A stretch of 64,000 nucleotides of DNA from positions 550 to 64,549 of the forward strand of contig JAGOQE010000001.1 in NCBI GenBank assembly GCA_017991635.1, written 5' to 3'. The translations under genes were made by a program, and so were the position numbers. The notes below the pieces were generated by a model. It ran no database searches and was not told the origin of the DNA. It was given only the letters and a program-made list of their open reading frames with translations. Numbering within the stretch: position 1 is the stretch's first letter; the number at the start of each line of letters is the position of its first letter. Below, one piece after another: positions 57,607 to 64,000 of the stretch. The stretch comes from Minisyncoccota bacterium (lineage in GTDB: Bacteria; Patescibacteriota; Minisyncoccia; Phycocordibacterales; Phycocordibacteraceae).

Positions 57607-58056
57607 TTAGAGAACCGAACCCCCTACTGCTTCAATGGCGCGCTTTGCGCTTTCTGAAACAGCACATGAAGATACTTCGAGTTTCTTCGTGAGGGTGCCG
57701 GTTCCTAGAATCTTAACAGGAAGTAGGCGTCCACCGCGACTTGGGAGAAGTCCTGCGGTGTAGAGCGTCTTTGGAGTTACGAGGGCACCTGCCTCAAATG
57801 TAGCCTCAAGAAGCTTTAGGTTTACAGGAACTGGAGTGAATTCGACAACGCGAACCGTACGGCTACGATTCTTACCGTAACCACGGCGCTTTGGAATCTT
57901 CTTCAAGATGTCACGCATTTCAGGACGCTTCTTGTGTCCTGCACGTGCGTTCTGTCCCTTTGTTCCGCGACCTGAAGTCTTTCCACGAGTACCGCCACGT
58001 CCTACACGAGGCGTCTTGATGCGAGGGTTCTTAGGTTGTAGTTGGTTGAGCTGCAT
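57607..58056 (-). CDS. rplO: 50S ribosomal protein L15
   Basis: Gly/Arg-rich N-terminus ...GRGGTRGKTSGRGTKGQ. Confidence 0.9.
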   Translation of the reverse strand: MQLNQLQPKNPRIKTPRVGRGGTRGKTSGRGTKGQNARAGHKKRPEMRDILKKIPKRRGYGKNRSRTVRVVEFTPVPVNLKLLEATFEAGALVTPKTLYTAGLLPSRGGRLLPVKILGTGTLTKKLEVSSCAVSESAKRAIEAVGGSVL

Positions 58057-58063
58057 ACAAAAA

Positions 58064-58645
58064 TTATGAAGTGGTCTTTAGGCTCTTGAGTGCCTCTACG
58101 GTTGCGCGTGCAATCGTGAGCTTATTCTTGGTGCGAGTCTGAATCTTTGCGACCACGTTGGTCACACCCGCGTACTCAAGTACGGTACGCATTGCAGAAC
58201 CTGCAACGAGTCCACGACCTGGTGAAGGGACGATTGATACGGTTGATGAGCTGTACTTTGCAGATACATCGGTTCGAATTGAGCGGTCCTTGGTGAGAGG
58301 CACTGTGATGAGGTTCTTCTTTGCAGAACGCACTGCCTTATCGATAGCAAGCGCGGTGTCTGTTCCCTTTCCAATACCTACACCAACACGTCCCTTCTTG
58401 TCTCCAATAACAACGGTTACTGAGAAAGAGAAACGACGACCTCCGGCCATAACACGAGCCACGCGACGTACTTCAAGTGTTGCTTGATCGAATTCGCTTC
58501 GCTCACGAGGAGCACGCTCACGGTTAGGGCGACCTCCAGGACGGCGTGAATCACCTCCACGTCCGCGACGAGCATCACGAGGAGCATCAGTAGCAGGTGC
58601 TACAGGTGCGGTCTCAATCTTTGGTTCGGTCATCGTTTCAGTCAT
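58064..58645 (-). CDS. rpsE: 30S ribosomal protein S5 (with basic N-terminal extension)
   Basis: ...RRVARVMAGGRRFSFSVTVVIGDKKGRVGVGIGKG... Directly followed by rplO with no L30 gene between them. Confidence 0.9.
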   Translation of the reverse strand: MTETMTEPKIETAPVAPATDAPRDARRGRGGDSRRPGGRPNRERAPRERSEFDQATLEVRRVARVMAGGRRFSFSVTVVIGDKKGRVGVGIGKGTDTALAIDKAVRSAKKNLITVPLTKDRSIRTDVSAKYSSSTVSIVPSPGRGLVAGSAMRTVLEYAGVTNVVAKIQTRTKNKLTIARATVEALKSLKTTS

Positions 58646-58651
58646 ACGCTA

Positions 58652-59014
58652 TTAAAAAGTTAGTCCTCCCGCACGAGCTGCGTCAGCAAGTGCCTTAATT
58701 TGCGCTGCGTAATTGTAGCCTCCACGATCAAACACAACCGTGTTTACTCCCTTCTCTGCCGCACGCTTAGCGATAGTTACGCCAACCTCATGTGCCTGCT
58801 TGCCGAGTGAACCTGAGAACTCGCGACCATGTGCGGCTGCAATGGTGGTTCCAGCAACATCATCAATAAGCTGTACAGAAATAAAACGGTTTGACTTGTA
58901 TACAGCAAGACGAGGGCGCAGAGCGGTACCTGAGATTTTCGCGCGGACACGAGTGTGACGGCGGACACGAAGTGCCTCTTTGGTGCTGTTCTTGATTTTA
59001 GGTAGTTGTGGCAT
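58652..59014 (-). CDS. rplR: 50S ribosomal protein L18
   Basis: Canonical L18 core and position. Confidence 0.9.
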   Translation of the reverse strand: MPQLPKIKNSTKEALRVRRHTRVRAKISGTALRPRLAVYKSNRFISVQLIDDVAGTTIAAAHGREFSGSLGKQAHEVGVTIAKRAAEKGVNTVVFDRGGYNYAAQIKALADAARAGGLTF

Positions 59015-59019
59015 ATGCG

Positions 59020-59553
59020 TTATACGGCCTTCTTGCCTTGCTTACGGCGGATTACTTCATCATCGTACTTAATACCCTTTCCAAGGTATGGCTCAGGCTT
59101 CTTGATTGCGCGTACGTTTGCAGCGAACTGTCCAACGGCCTGCTTGTCAGCACCTTCAATGGTGATGGTGTTTTTAAGTACCGTTGCGGTCAAACCAGCA
59201 GGAACCTTGATGAAGACCTGGTGTGAAAAACCTACGTTGAGTACGAGCTCGTCCCCTCGAAGTTCAACCTTGTATCCGACACCGTTAAGCTGAAGCACCT
59301 TCTTGAAAGGAGTTTCCACTCCGCTCATCATTGCGCGTAGGTGAGCAGCGAATGTTCCAGTAAGAGCACTTGCAAGCTTGGTGTTGTTGTTTGGACGCAC
59401 CAACACTCCCTCAGGAGTTACCTCAATAGATACTGCAGGGTGAATTGGACGAGCGAGCTCTTCCTTAGGACCCTTTACGGTAAGTGTGTCGTCAGCGATA
59501 GTAACGCTTACTTTTGCAGGGACTTGGATTGGCTTTTTTGCGAGACGTGACAT
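59020..59553 (-). CDS. rplF: 50S ribosomal protein L6
   Basis: MSRLAKKPIQVPAKVSV... two-repeat L6 fold. Confidence 0.9.
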   Translation of the reverse strand: MSRLAKKPIQVPAKVSVTIADDTLTVKGPKEELARPIHPAVSIEVTPEGVLVRPNNNTKLASALTGTFAAHLRAMMSGVETPFKKVLQLNGVGYKVELRGDELVLNVGFSHQVFIKVPAGLTATVLKNTITIEGADKQAVGQFAANVRAIKKPEPYLGKGIKYDDEVIRRKQGKKAV

Positions 59554-59564
59554 AGATGAGTCAA

Positions 59565-59957
59565 TTACCAGATTTCAAAAAGATTCTCACCTCCAACACG
59601 AACCTTGCGTGCCTCACGATCAGAAAGGATTCCCTTTGGTGTTGAAATGATTCGAGCACCCATTCCGTTCTTTACTCCGTGTGCCTCGGTGGTACCGACG
59701 TATAGACGACGACCTGGCTTAGAAATACGCTTCACACCATTGATGCGGTGATTGCCACGAGCATCGTATACAAGTCCTACCGTAAGGGTCTTTGGAGTTG
59801 TTTTAGAAACCTCCACAGAAGAAAGGAATCCGAGCTCCTTAAGCTTAAAGGCGATAGCCTCAATATGATTTGAGTGTGGAAGGGTTACGGTCTTAGAGCT
59901 GATTGCACCAGCATTCTTAAGACGAACAATAAAGTCTCCTACGCGGTCTGTTACCAT
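59565..59957 (-). CDS. rpsH: 30S ribosomal protein S8
   Basis: [16 protein letters not shown]... canonical S8. Confidence 0.9.
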   Translation of the reverse strand: MVTDRVGDFIVRLKNAGAISSKTVTLPHSNHIEAIAFKLKELGFLSSVEVSKTTPKTLTVGLVYDARGNHRINGVKRISKPGRRLYVGTTEAHGVKNGMGARIISTPKGILSDREARKVRVGGENLFEIW

Positions 59958-60220
59958 GATGATTTCTTTACACCCGGAATCTTACCCTCACGAGCAAGTT
60001 CGCGGAACTGAATACGAGAAAGTCCAAATGAGCGAAGGTATCCGCGGCTACGGCCAGTGATGGCACAGCGGTTCTTCACTCGGACTGGGGAGCTGTTTTT
60101 TGGTAGGGACTGTAGACCAGCAAAATCGCCTTCCGCCTTCATCTGGGCACGCTTGGTAGCGTACTTGGCGACGAGCTTCATGCGTTTTAGGTTACGTGCG
60201 AGTTGTGAGGTTTTAGCCAT
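59951..60220 (-). CDS. rpsN: 30S ribosomal protein S14
   Basis: ...[39 protein letters not shown] canonical C-terminus. Confidence 0.8.
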   Translation of the reverse strand: MAKTSQLARNLKRMKLVAKYATKRAQMKAEGDFAGLQSLPKNSSPVRVKNRCAITGRSRGYLRSFGLSRIQFRELAREGKIPGVKKSSW

Positions 60221-60250
60221 ACGAAAAATAGCTCCGGAGAGCGTTCAAGT

Positions 60251-60279
60251 AATGTATCAGTAAGCAATTCAGCTGTCAA
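60251..60279 (-). promoter_or_regulatory. sigma70-like promoter (minus strand TTGACA, 17 bp, TACATT) upstream of rpsN
   Basis: Reverse complement of 60251-60279 reads ttgaca gctgaattgcttactga tacatt. Confidence 0.4.
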
Positions 60280-60344
60280 ACGTGTAGACCCCCGGAAAGC
60301 CTAAGGCTTTCCGGGGGTGCTGGTTTTTGTTTCAGGTGAACGCT

Positions 60345-60851
60345 CTAGAGCTCACCCAGAGACACGAAAAGGAGCGAATCTCTCGGGATAATGACGTCAT
60401 CGTCCTTGTGCATCCGGAGCTTGTGACCAAGCCCCCTATTCACCACGACTTCCGTCAGTACATCATGGACCGTATTGGTCGTGAGGCGCACCAGAAGGGA
60501 CTTCTGAGGCATCAGAAGGGGCAACAGGGCCTCCGGCGTGTGCCGAAGCAACTCATAGAAGTGATAGGGCGAAACGGCGCCACCAAGCTCCCTGAGGATT
60601 TCGATGACCTCGGCCGGACTCGCGTCCACCATCAGGTGGTGCAGTCCAAATCTGGTACCGGGAATCCTTCCAGAAACCTGGTTGATATAGATTTCACGGA
60701 ACTTCGGGTCGACCTCGGAAAAGAGCCCGCCCGCCTTGGCGACGATCTGTCTTCCGGGGTAGAAGCTTGCTTCGGGGTTCATCCCGATCATACCGAAACT
60801 TGATGCGAGTTGTGCCGAAGGCACGACGTCAGTAGTGACAGATGCGGTCAT
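60345..60851 (-). CDS. hypothetical protein inserted between rplE and rpsN (GC-enriched)
   Basis: 168 aa. MTASVTTDVV...GTRFGLHHLMVDASPAEVIEILRELGG... has no motif I recognise. The antisense ORF 60327-60803 is less protein-like. Local GC is visibly higher than the flanking r-protein genes. Confidence 0.4.
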   Translation of the reverse strand: MTASVTTDVVPSAQLASSFGMIGMNPEASFYPGRQIVAKAGGLFSEVDPKFREIYINQVSGRIPGTRFGLHHLMVDASPAEVIEILRELGGAVSPYHFYELLRHTPEALLPLLMPQKSLLVRLTTNTVHDVLTEVVVNRGLGHKLRMHKDDDVIIPRDSLLFVSLGEL

Positions 60852-60939
60852 CTGAATATTCCCTCTTTTGCTAGAAATGAAACAAGAGGCTTAGGCCTCT
60901 TATGGAACTGTCTTTTTCGATTATAACACAAAAACAAAA

Positions 60940-60965
60940 AAGACCCAAATGTGGGTCTTTTTTGT
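60940..60965 (-). terminator. rho-independent terminator immediately after rplE, inside the spc gene order
   Basis: aagaccca-aatg-tgggtctt with a T-run on the minus strand (ttttgtttttgtg...). A second small hairpin, agaggc-ttag-gcctct, sits at 60885-60900. Confidence 0.5.
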
Positions 60966-60977
60966 TTCCTCTGCGTC

Positions 60978-61508
60978 CTATGGACGAAGTGGAACACCGA
61001 GATGACGGAAAAATGCCTCCGCTTCCTTCTTGTTCTTTGCTGTAGTCACGATAGTGATAGCCAGTCCAAAAACATCCTTGAGGTCCTCCTCTGCAGTCTC
61101 AGGGAAAATGGTGTTTTCCTTAAGTCCGATGGTCATGTTACCCATGTCATCGATTGCAGTCTTTGCAATACCGCGGAAGTCGCGAGTACGAGGAAGAGCG
61201 ATATGAATTACCTTATCGAGGAAGTCATACATACGGGCACCACGAAGGGTTACCTGGTAGCCCACGATATCACCTTCACGGAGCTTAAATGAAGCGATTG
61301 ACTGACGTGCGCGACGTACTGAAGGCTTCTGACCAGTGATTTTAGCGAGGCGACTGTCAACAAGAGCATTACGGTTCTTGTCTTTTGCCTTACCAACACC
61401 TGAAGAAACCACCACCTTTACGAGGTGTGGAGACGCCATCTTGTTGGTGTACCCAAACTCTCCCTTGAAGGTATCAAACGCTGATTGTTCTTTTAGTTTT
61501 GTTCGCAT
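60978..61508 (-). CDS. rplE: 50S ribosomal protein L5
   Basis: Canonical L5 core ...VGYQVTLRGARMYDFLDKVIHIALPRTRDFRG... Confidence 0.9.
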   Translation of the reverse strand: MRTKLKEQSAFDTFKGEFGYTNKMASPHLVKVVVSSGVGKAKDKNRNALVDSRLAKITGQKPSVRRARQSIASFKLREGDIVGYQVTLRGARMYDFLDKVIHIALPRTRDFRGIAKTAIDDMGNMTIGLKENTIFPETAEEDLKDVFGLAITIVTTAKNKKEAEAFFRHLGVPLRP

Positions 61509-61519
61509 GGTAATTTCGG

Positions 61520-61852
61520 TTAGCCAATTTTCTTACCGCTTTTCTTTGCAACACGAACAAGGGTCTTACCCTTCTTACCTTCCTCTACCACACGTCCAAC
61601 ACGTGTTCCCTTCTTCTCTTCTGGATCAAGAAGCATTACGTTTGACGCATCAATAGCGCGAGGACGCTCAACGATTGAACCTGACTGACCACGGCCAGTT
61701 GACTTCAAGTGACGCTTCACGAGTGCAACACCCTCAACCACAATCATGCCTGTCTTTGGCATAACCGAGAGAATAGGACCCTTCTTTCCCTTGTCCTTTC
61801 CGGTTGTTACTACTACCTGGTCGCCTTTTTTAAGTTTCATTTTCATATACAA
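61520..61852 (-). CDS. rplX: 50S ribosomal protein L24
   Basis: KOW motif KLKKGDQVVVTTGKDKGKKG. Confidence 0.85.
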   Translation of the reverse strand: MYMKMKLKKGDQVVVTTGKDKGKKGPILSVMPKTGMIVVEGVALVKRHLKSTGRGQSGSIVERPRAIDASNVMLLDPEEKKGTRVGRVVEEGKKGKTLVRVAKKSGKKIG

Positions 61853-61857
61853 AATTG

Positions 61858-62235
61858 CTATACGACTTCAGGCGCGATAGACGCGATGTTTCCCCATCCG
61901 CGCTCTACAAGGTCACGAGGCACTGGACCAAATACACGGTTTCCCTTTGGACCCATTTCCTTACCCTGCTTCTCGATAAGCACTACGGCATTATCATCAA
62001 AGCGAATGTATGAACCGTTAGCACGACGAAAGGCCTTCTTCTGGCGTACCACCACAGCACGACAGACATCCTTCTTCTTTACTGACTTACGAGGCTGTGC
62101 GGTCTGCACTGAAACCACGACCACATCCCCAAGCTCAGCGTAGCGACGCTTTGAACCTCCAAGTACTTTGAAGACGCGCGCAACGGTTGCGCCTGAGTTG
62201 TCTGCTACTTTAACGATAGTTTGAGGTTGAATCAT
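61858..62235 (-). CDS. rplN: 50S ribosomal protein L14
   Basis: [16 protein letters not shown]... canonical. Confidence 0.9.
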   Translation of the reverse strand: MIQPQTIVKVADNSGATVARVFKVLGGSKRRYAELGDVVVVSVQTAQPRKSVKKKDVCRAVVVRQKKAFRRANGSYIRFDDNAVVLIEKQGKEMGPKGNRVFGPVPRDLVERGWGNIASIAPEVV

Positions 62236-62238
62236 AGG

Positions 62239-62481
62239 CTATTTGGCGATCATGAATCGCTTCATCTTTGAGATAGGACGGCATCCAACGATGGTTACCT
62301 TATCTCCGACAGAAACAGTATTCTCAGGATCATGTACGAGATACTTCTTAGTACGTACCTGGTACTTCTTGTACTTAGGGTGCATGACGTAACGAGAAAC
62401 CGCTACGGTTGCAGTGTCCTTCATCGCAGTCTTTACGACAACGCCTTTGAAGGTCTGGGGTCTGGTGGTGGTGTTTTCCAT
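62239..62481 (-). CDS. rpsQ: 30S ribosomal protein S17
   Basis: 80-aa OB-fold protein ...FKGVVVKTAMKDTATVAV... Confidence 0.85.
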   Translation of the reverse strand: MENTTTRPQTFKGVVVKTAMKDTATVAVSRYVMHPKYKKYQVRTKKYLVHDPENTVSVGDKVTIVGCRPISKMKRFMIAK

Positions 62482-62489
62482 AGTAAAAA

Positions 62490-62732
62490 TTATGAGTTCG
62501 CAAGCTTAGTCTGTGCGGTCTCAACTTGAGTCTTGAGTGTCATCGCGCGAGCAATGTCTCGACGAGTCTTCCGTGCAATATTTGAGTCCTTGGTGCGTGC
62601 ACCAAATCCTGCAAAACGTGCGTCATGAAGAGCGACACGACTCTCCTTAAGCGCCTTAAGAGCGTCAGCACGAAGGGCGGTGAGCTCCTCGGCAGTCTTC
62701 TCTTTGAGATTGAGTGTTGGGTTCTTTTTCAT
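62490..62732 (-). CDS. rpmC: 50S ribosomal protein L29
   Basis: 80-aa helical protein. Positional, plus the ...LKEKTAEELTALRADAL... pattern. Confidence 0.8.
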   Translation of the reverse strand: MKKNPTLNLKEKTAEELTALRADALKALKESRVALHDARFAGFGARTKDSNIARKTRRDIARAMTLKTQVETAQTKLANS

Positions 62733-62733
62733 A

Positions 62734-63156
62734 CTATGAACGAGTTACGATAGTCGTCTTCAAAGGAAGCTTTGCTCCAGCGCGACGAAGTGCATCACGT
62801 GCCTTAGCATCATCAACACCATCGAGCTCAAACAATACACGTCCTGGACGAGCCTCAAATACAAAGTACTTAGGATCTCCCTTACCCTTACCCATGCCCA
62901 CTTCAGCTGGCTTCTGAGTTACTGGTCGGTCTGGGAAAATACGGATCCAAAGCTTACCTCCCTTTCCAGTTACGCGAGTAAGCACCTTACGAGCGGCTTC
63001 AATCTGATTTGAAGTGATACGTGAAGGAGTCGTGGCCTTAAGTCCGTATGAACCAAAGGCAACAGTAGTACCACGCGTATCTGGACGCATCAAGCGCTCA
63101 GGACTCTTTCGTCCTGTCTGCCACTTTCGGTGCTTTACTTTTTTAGGAAACAACAT
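62734..63156 (-). CDS. rplP: 50S ribosomal protein L16
   Basis: MLFPKKVKHRKWQTGR... canonical. Confidence 0.9.
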   Translation of the reverse strand: MLFPKKVKHRKWQTGRKSPERLMRPDTRGTTVAFGSYGLKATTPSRITSNQIEAARKVLTRVTGKGGKLWIRIFPDRPVTQKPAEVGMGKGKGDPKYFVFEARPGRVLFELDGVDDAKARDALRRAGAKLPLKTTIVTRS

Positions 63157-63167
63157 ACGTAGGAATA

Positions 63168-63887
63168 TTATTTAGCAGTGCGTGCGCGCTGTGTTTGAGC
63201 TCCACCACGAGATGTCTGAGAAAAATCATCGGCCTTGAACTGATCACCGAGGTAAATCCATACCTTGATGCCGATAACACCGTACGGAAGATTAGCCTCA
63301 AAGTGAGCGTAATCAATGTTTGCACGGAAGGTCTGAAGTGGAATACGACCCTTCTTAAGCTGTTCGCGACGAGACATGTCAGCACCGCCAAGACGACCTG
63401 AGAGAATGATTCGGCAACCCACTACTTCGCGAACCGCCATCACCTTCTCAATAGTCTGCTTCATCACGCGACGGAATGGCATGCGCTTCTCAAGTCCTTC
63501 GGCAACCATCTGCGCAACAACCGCAGCTGAAGTCTCAGGCTGGCGGATCTCCATAATGTCGAGCTTAATTGCGCGACCCTGAAGAGGAGCCTTCTGCTTT
63601 ACGATTTTCGTAAGCTCTGCACGAAGCTTAGTGGCGTTCTCACCTGAGCGACCAATAACGAGTCCTGGACGTGCAGTGTGTACGATAACGCGCACTTCAG
63701 TGGCGTTTCGCTCAATCTCAACTTCAGAAACATGCATACCCTTAAGACGCTTCTTAAGGAAGGTACGGATAGCAGCGTCTACGACGATGTGCTCGCGGAA
63801 AGTCTTCTTATCAAGTGCGAACCAACGGCTTCGCCAGTCGCGAATAATGCCGAGTCGGTGTGCGTATGGATGTACCGTGTGTGTCAT
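63168..63887 (-). CDS. rpsC: 30S ribosomal protein S3
   Basis: KH domain and C-terminal domain. ...GIKVWIYLGD... 239 aa. Confidence 0.9.
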   Translation of the reverse strand: MTHTVHPYAHRLGIIRDWRSRWFALDKKTFREHIVVDAAIRTFLKKRLKGMHVSEVEIERNATEVRVIVHTARPGLVIGRSGENATKLRAELTKIVKQKAPLQGRAIKLDIMEIRQPETSAAVVAQMVAEGLEKRMPFRRVMKQTIEKVMAVREVVGCRIILSGRLGGADMSRREQLKKGRIPLQTFRANIDYAHFEANLPYGVIGIKVWIYLGDQFKADDFSQTSRGGAQTQRARTAK

Positions 63888-63892
63888 AAAAA

Positions 63893-64000
63893 TTTAGGCG
63901 TCTTTCTTGGTGAGGGTAACGAGAACACGGCTCTTGCGGTGGCGAATAGGCGCAGCGCGTCCCATAGCGCGAGGCATGTACTTTACGAGCATTCCTGCAC
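63893..64000 (-). CDS. rplV: 50S ribosomal protein L22, 3' end (partial, runs off the window)
   Basis: Reverse-strand translation ends ...KYMPRAMGRAAPIRHRKSRVLVTLTKKDA then stop. L22 C-terminal signature. Position upstream of rpsC. Confidence 0.7.

Noticed and set aside
60327-60803. 158-aa plus-strand ORF overlapping the inserted gene between rplE and rpsN
   Set aside because: The sense partner on the minus strand is co-oriented with the operon, and its product has more protein-like hydrophobic periodicity. The plus-strand frame is Arg/Gln/Gly-rich and lacks a start context. The strand choice is still uncertain.
1-64000. Looked for an integrase, transposase, relaxase, phage structural genes, cas genes, restriction-modification or toxin-antitoxin pairs
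   Set aside because: None of the translated ORFs shows the corresponding catalytic motifs (no RHRY tyrosine recombinase box, DDE, HNH with partners, or Cas signatures). Mobile-element calls therefore cannot be supported from this window.

Overview
This 64 kb window reads as a contiguous chromosomal segment of a small-genome, probably monoderm bacterium. By inference it is Patescibacteria/CPR-like: the spc ribosomal operon runs S5 straight into L15 with no L30, the type IV pilus locus has no secretin, and there are many small hypothetical membrane and surface proteins. GC looks mid-to-high 40s by eye. Most genes are on the minus strand.

What I can support:
- 1-7.5 kb: surface/envelope genes, including a DUF2207-like protein and a 794-aa secreted protein with a C-type-lectin-like EPN/WND segment, an Ig-like segment and a C-terminal peptidoglycan-binding-like domain.
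- 7.7 kb: tRNA-Met(CAT).
- 8-12.3 kb: gatC, gatA, ligA.
- 12.3-25.5 kb: a complete type IV pilus / competence-type locus (four minor pilins, pilD, four tandem major pilin paralogs, pilC, pilT, a REC protein, pilB, PilO/N/M-like genes, then divergent comF).
- 25.5-26.1 kb: tRNA-Ser(GCT) followed by an array of tRNA-3'-end-derived palindromic repeats.
- 26.1-30.2 kb: a copper module (Met-rich secreted protein, HMA-fused permease, copA, csoR) with a CsoR-type palindromic operator.
- 30.3-42.3 kb: nudix, malic enzyme, a strikingly GC-rich small secreted-protein gene, recG, GNAT, an unusual tRNA-Ile(UAU), ftsH, patatin, smpB.
- 42.3-42.75 kb: tmRNA.
- 42.8-44.6 kb: a second CsoR-family paralog without the copper His (CstR-like) with a near-identical operator, upstream of rhodanese and an MBL hydrolase (putative persulfide module).
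- 44.6-50 kb: hypotheticals, MntP-like.
- 50.2-51.4 kb: infC-rpmI-rplT.
- 51.4-57.6 kb: beta-CASP RNase, ndk, map, adk, secY.
- 57.6-64 kb: rplO through rplV(partial). A foreign-looking gene with its own terminator, hairpin and promoter sits between rplE and rpsN.

I found no integrase, transposase, CRISPR array or recognisable defence operon. The ORF track appears to allow non-ATG starts (infC here starts TTG).
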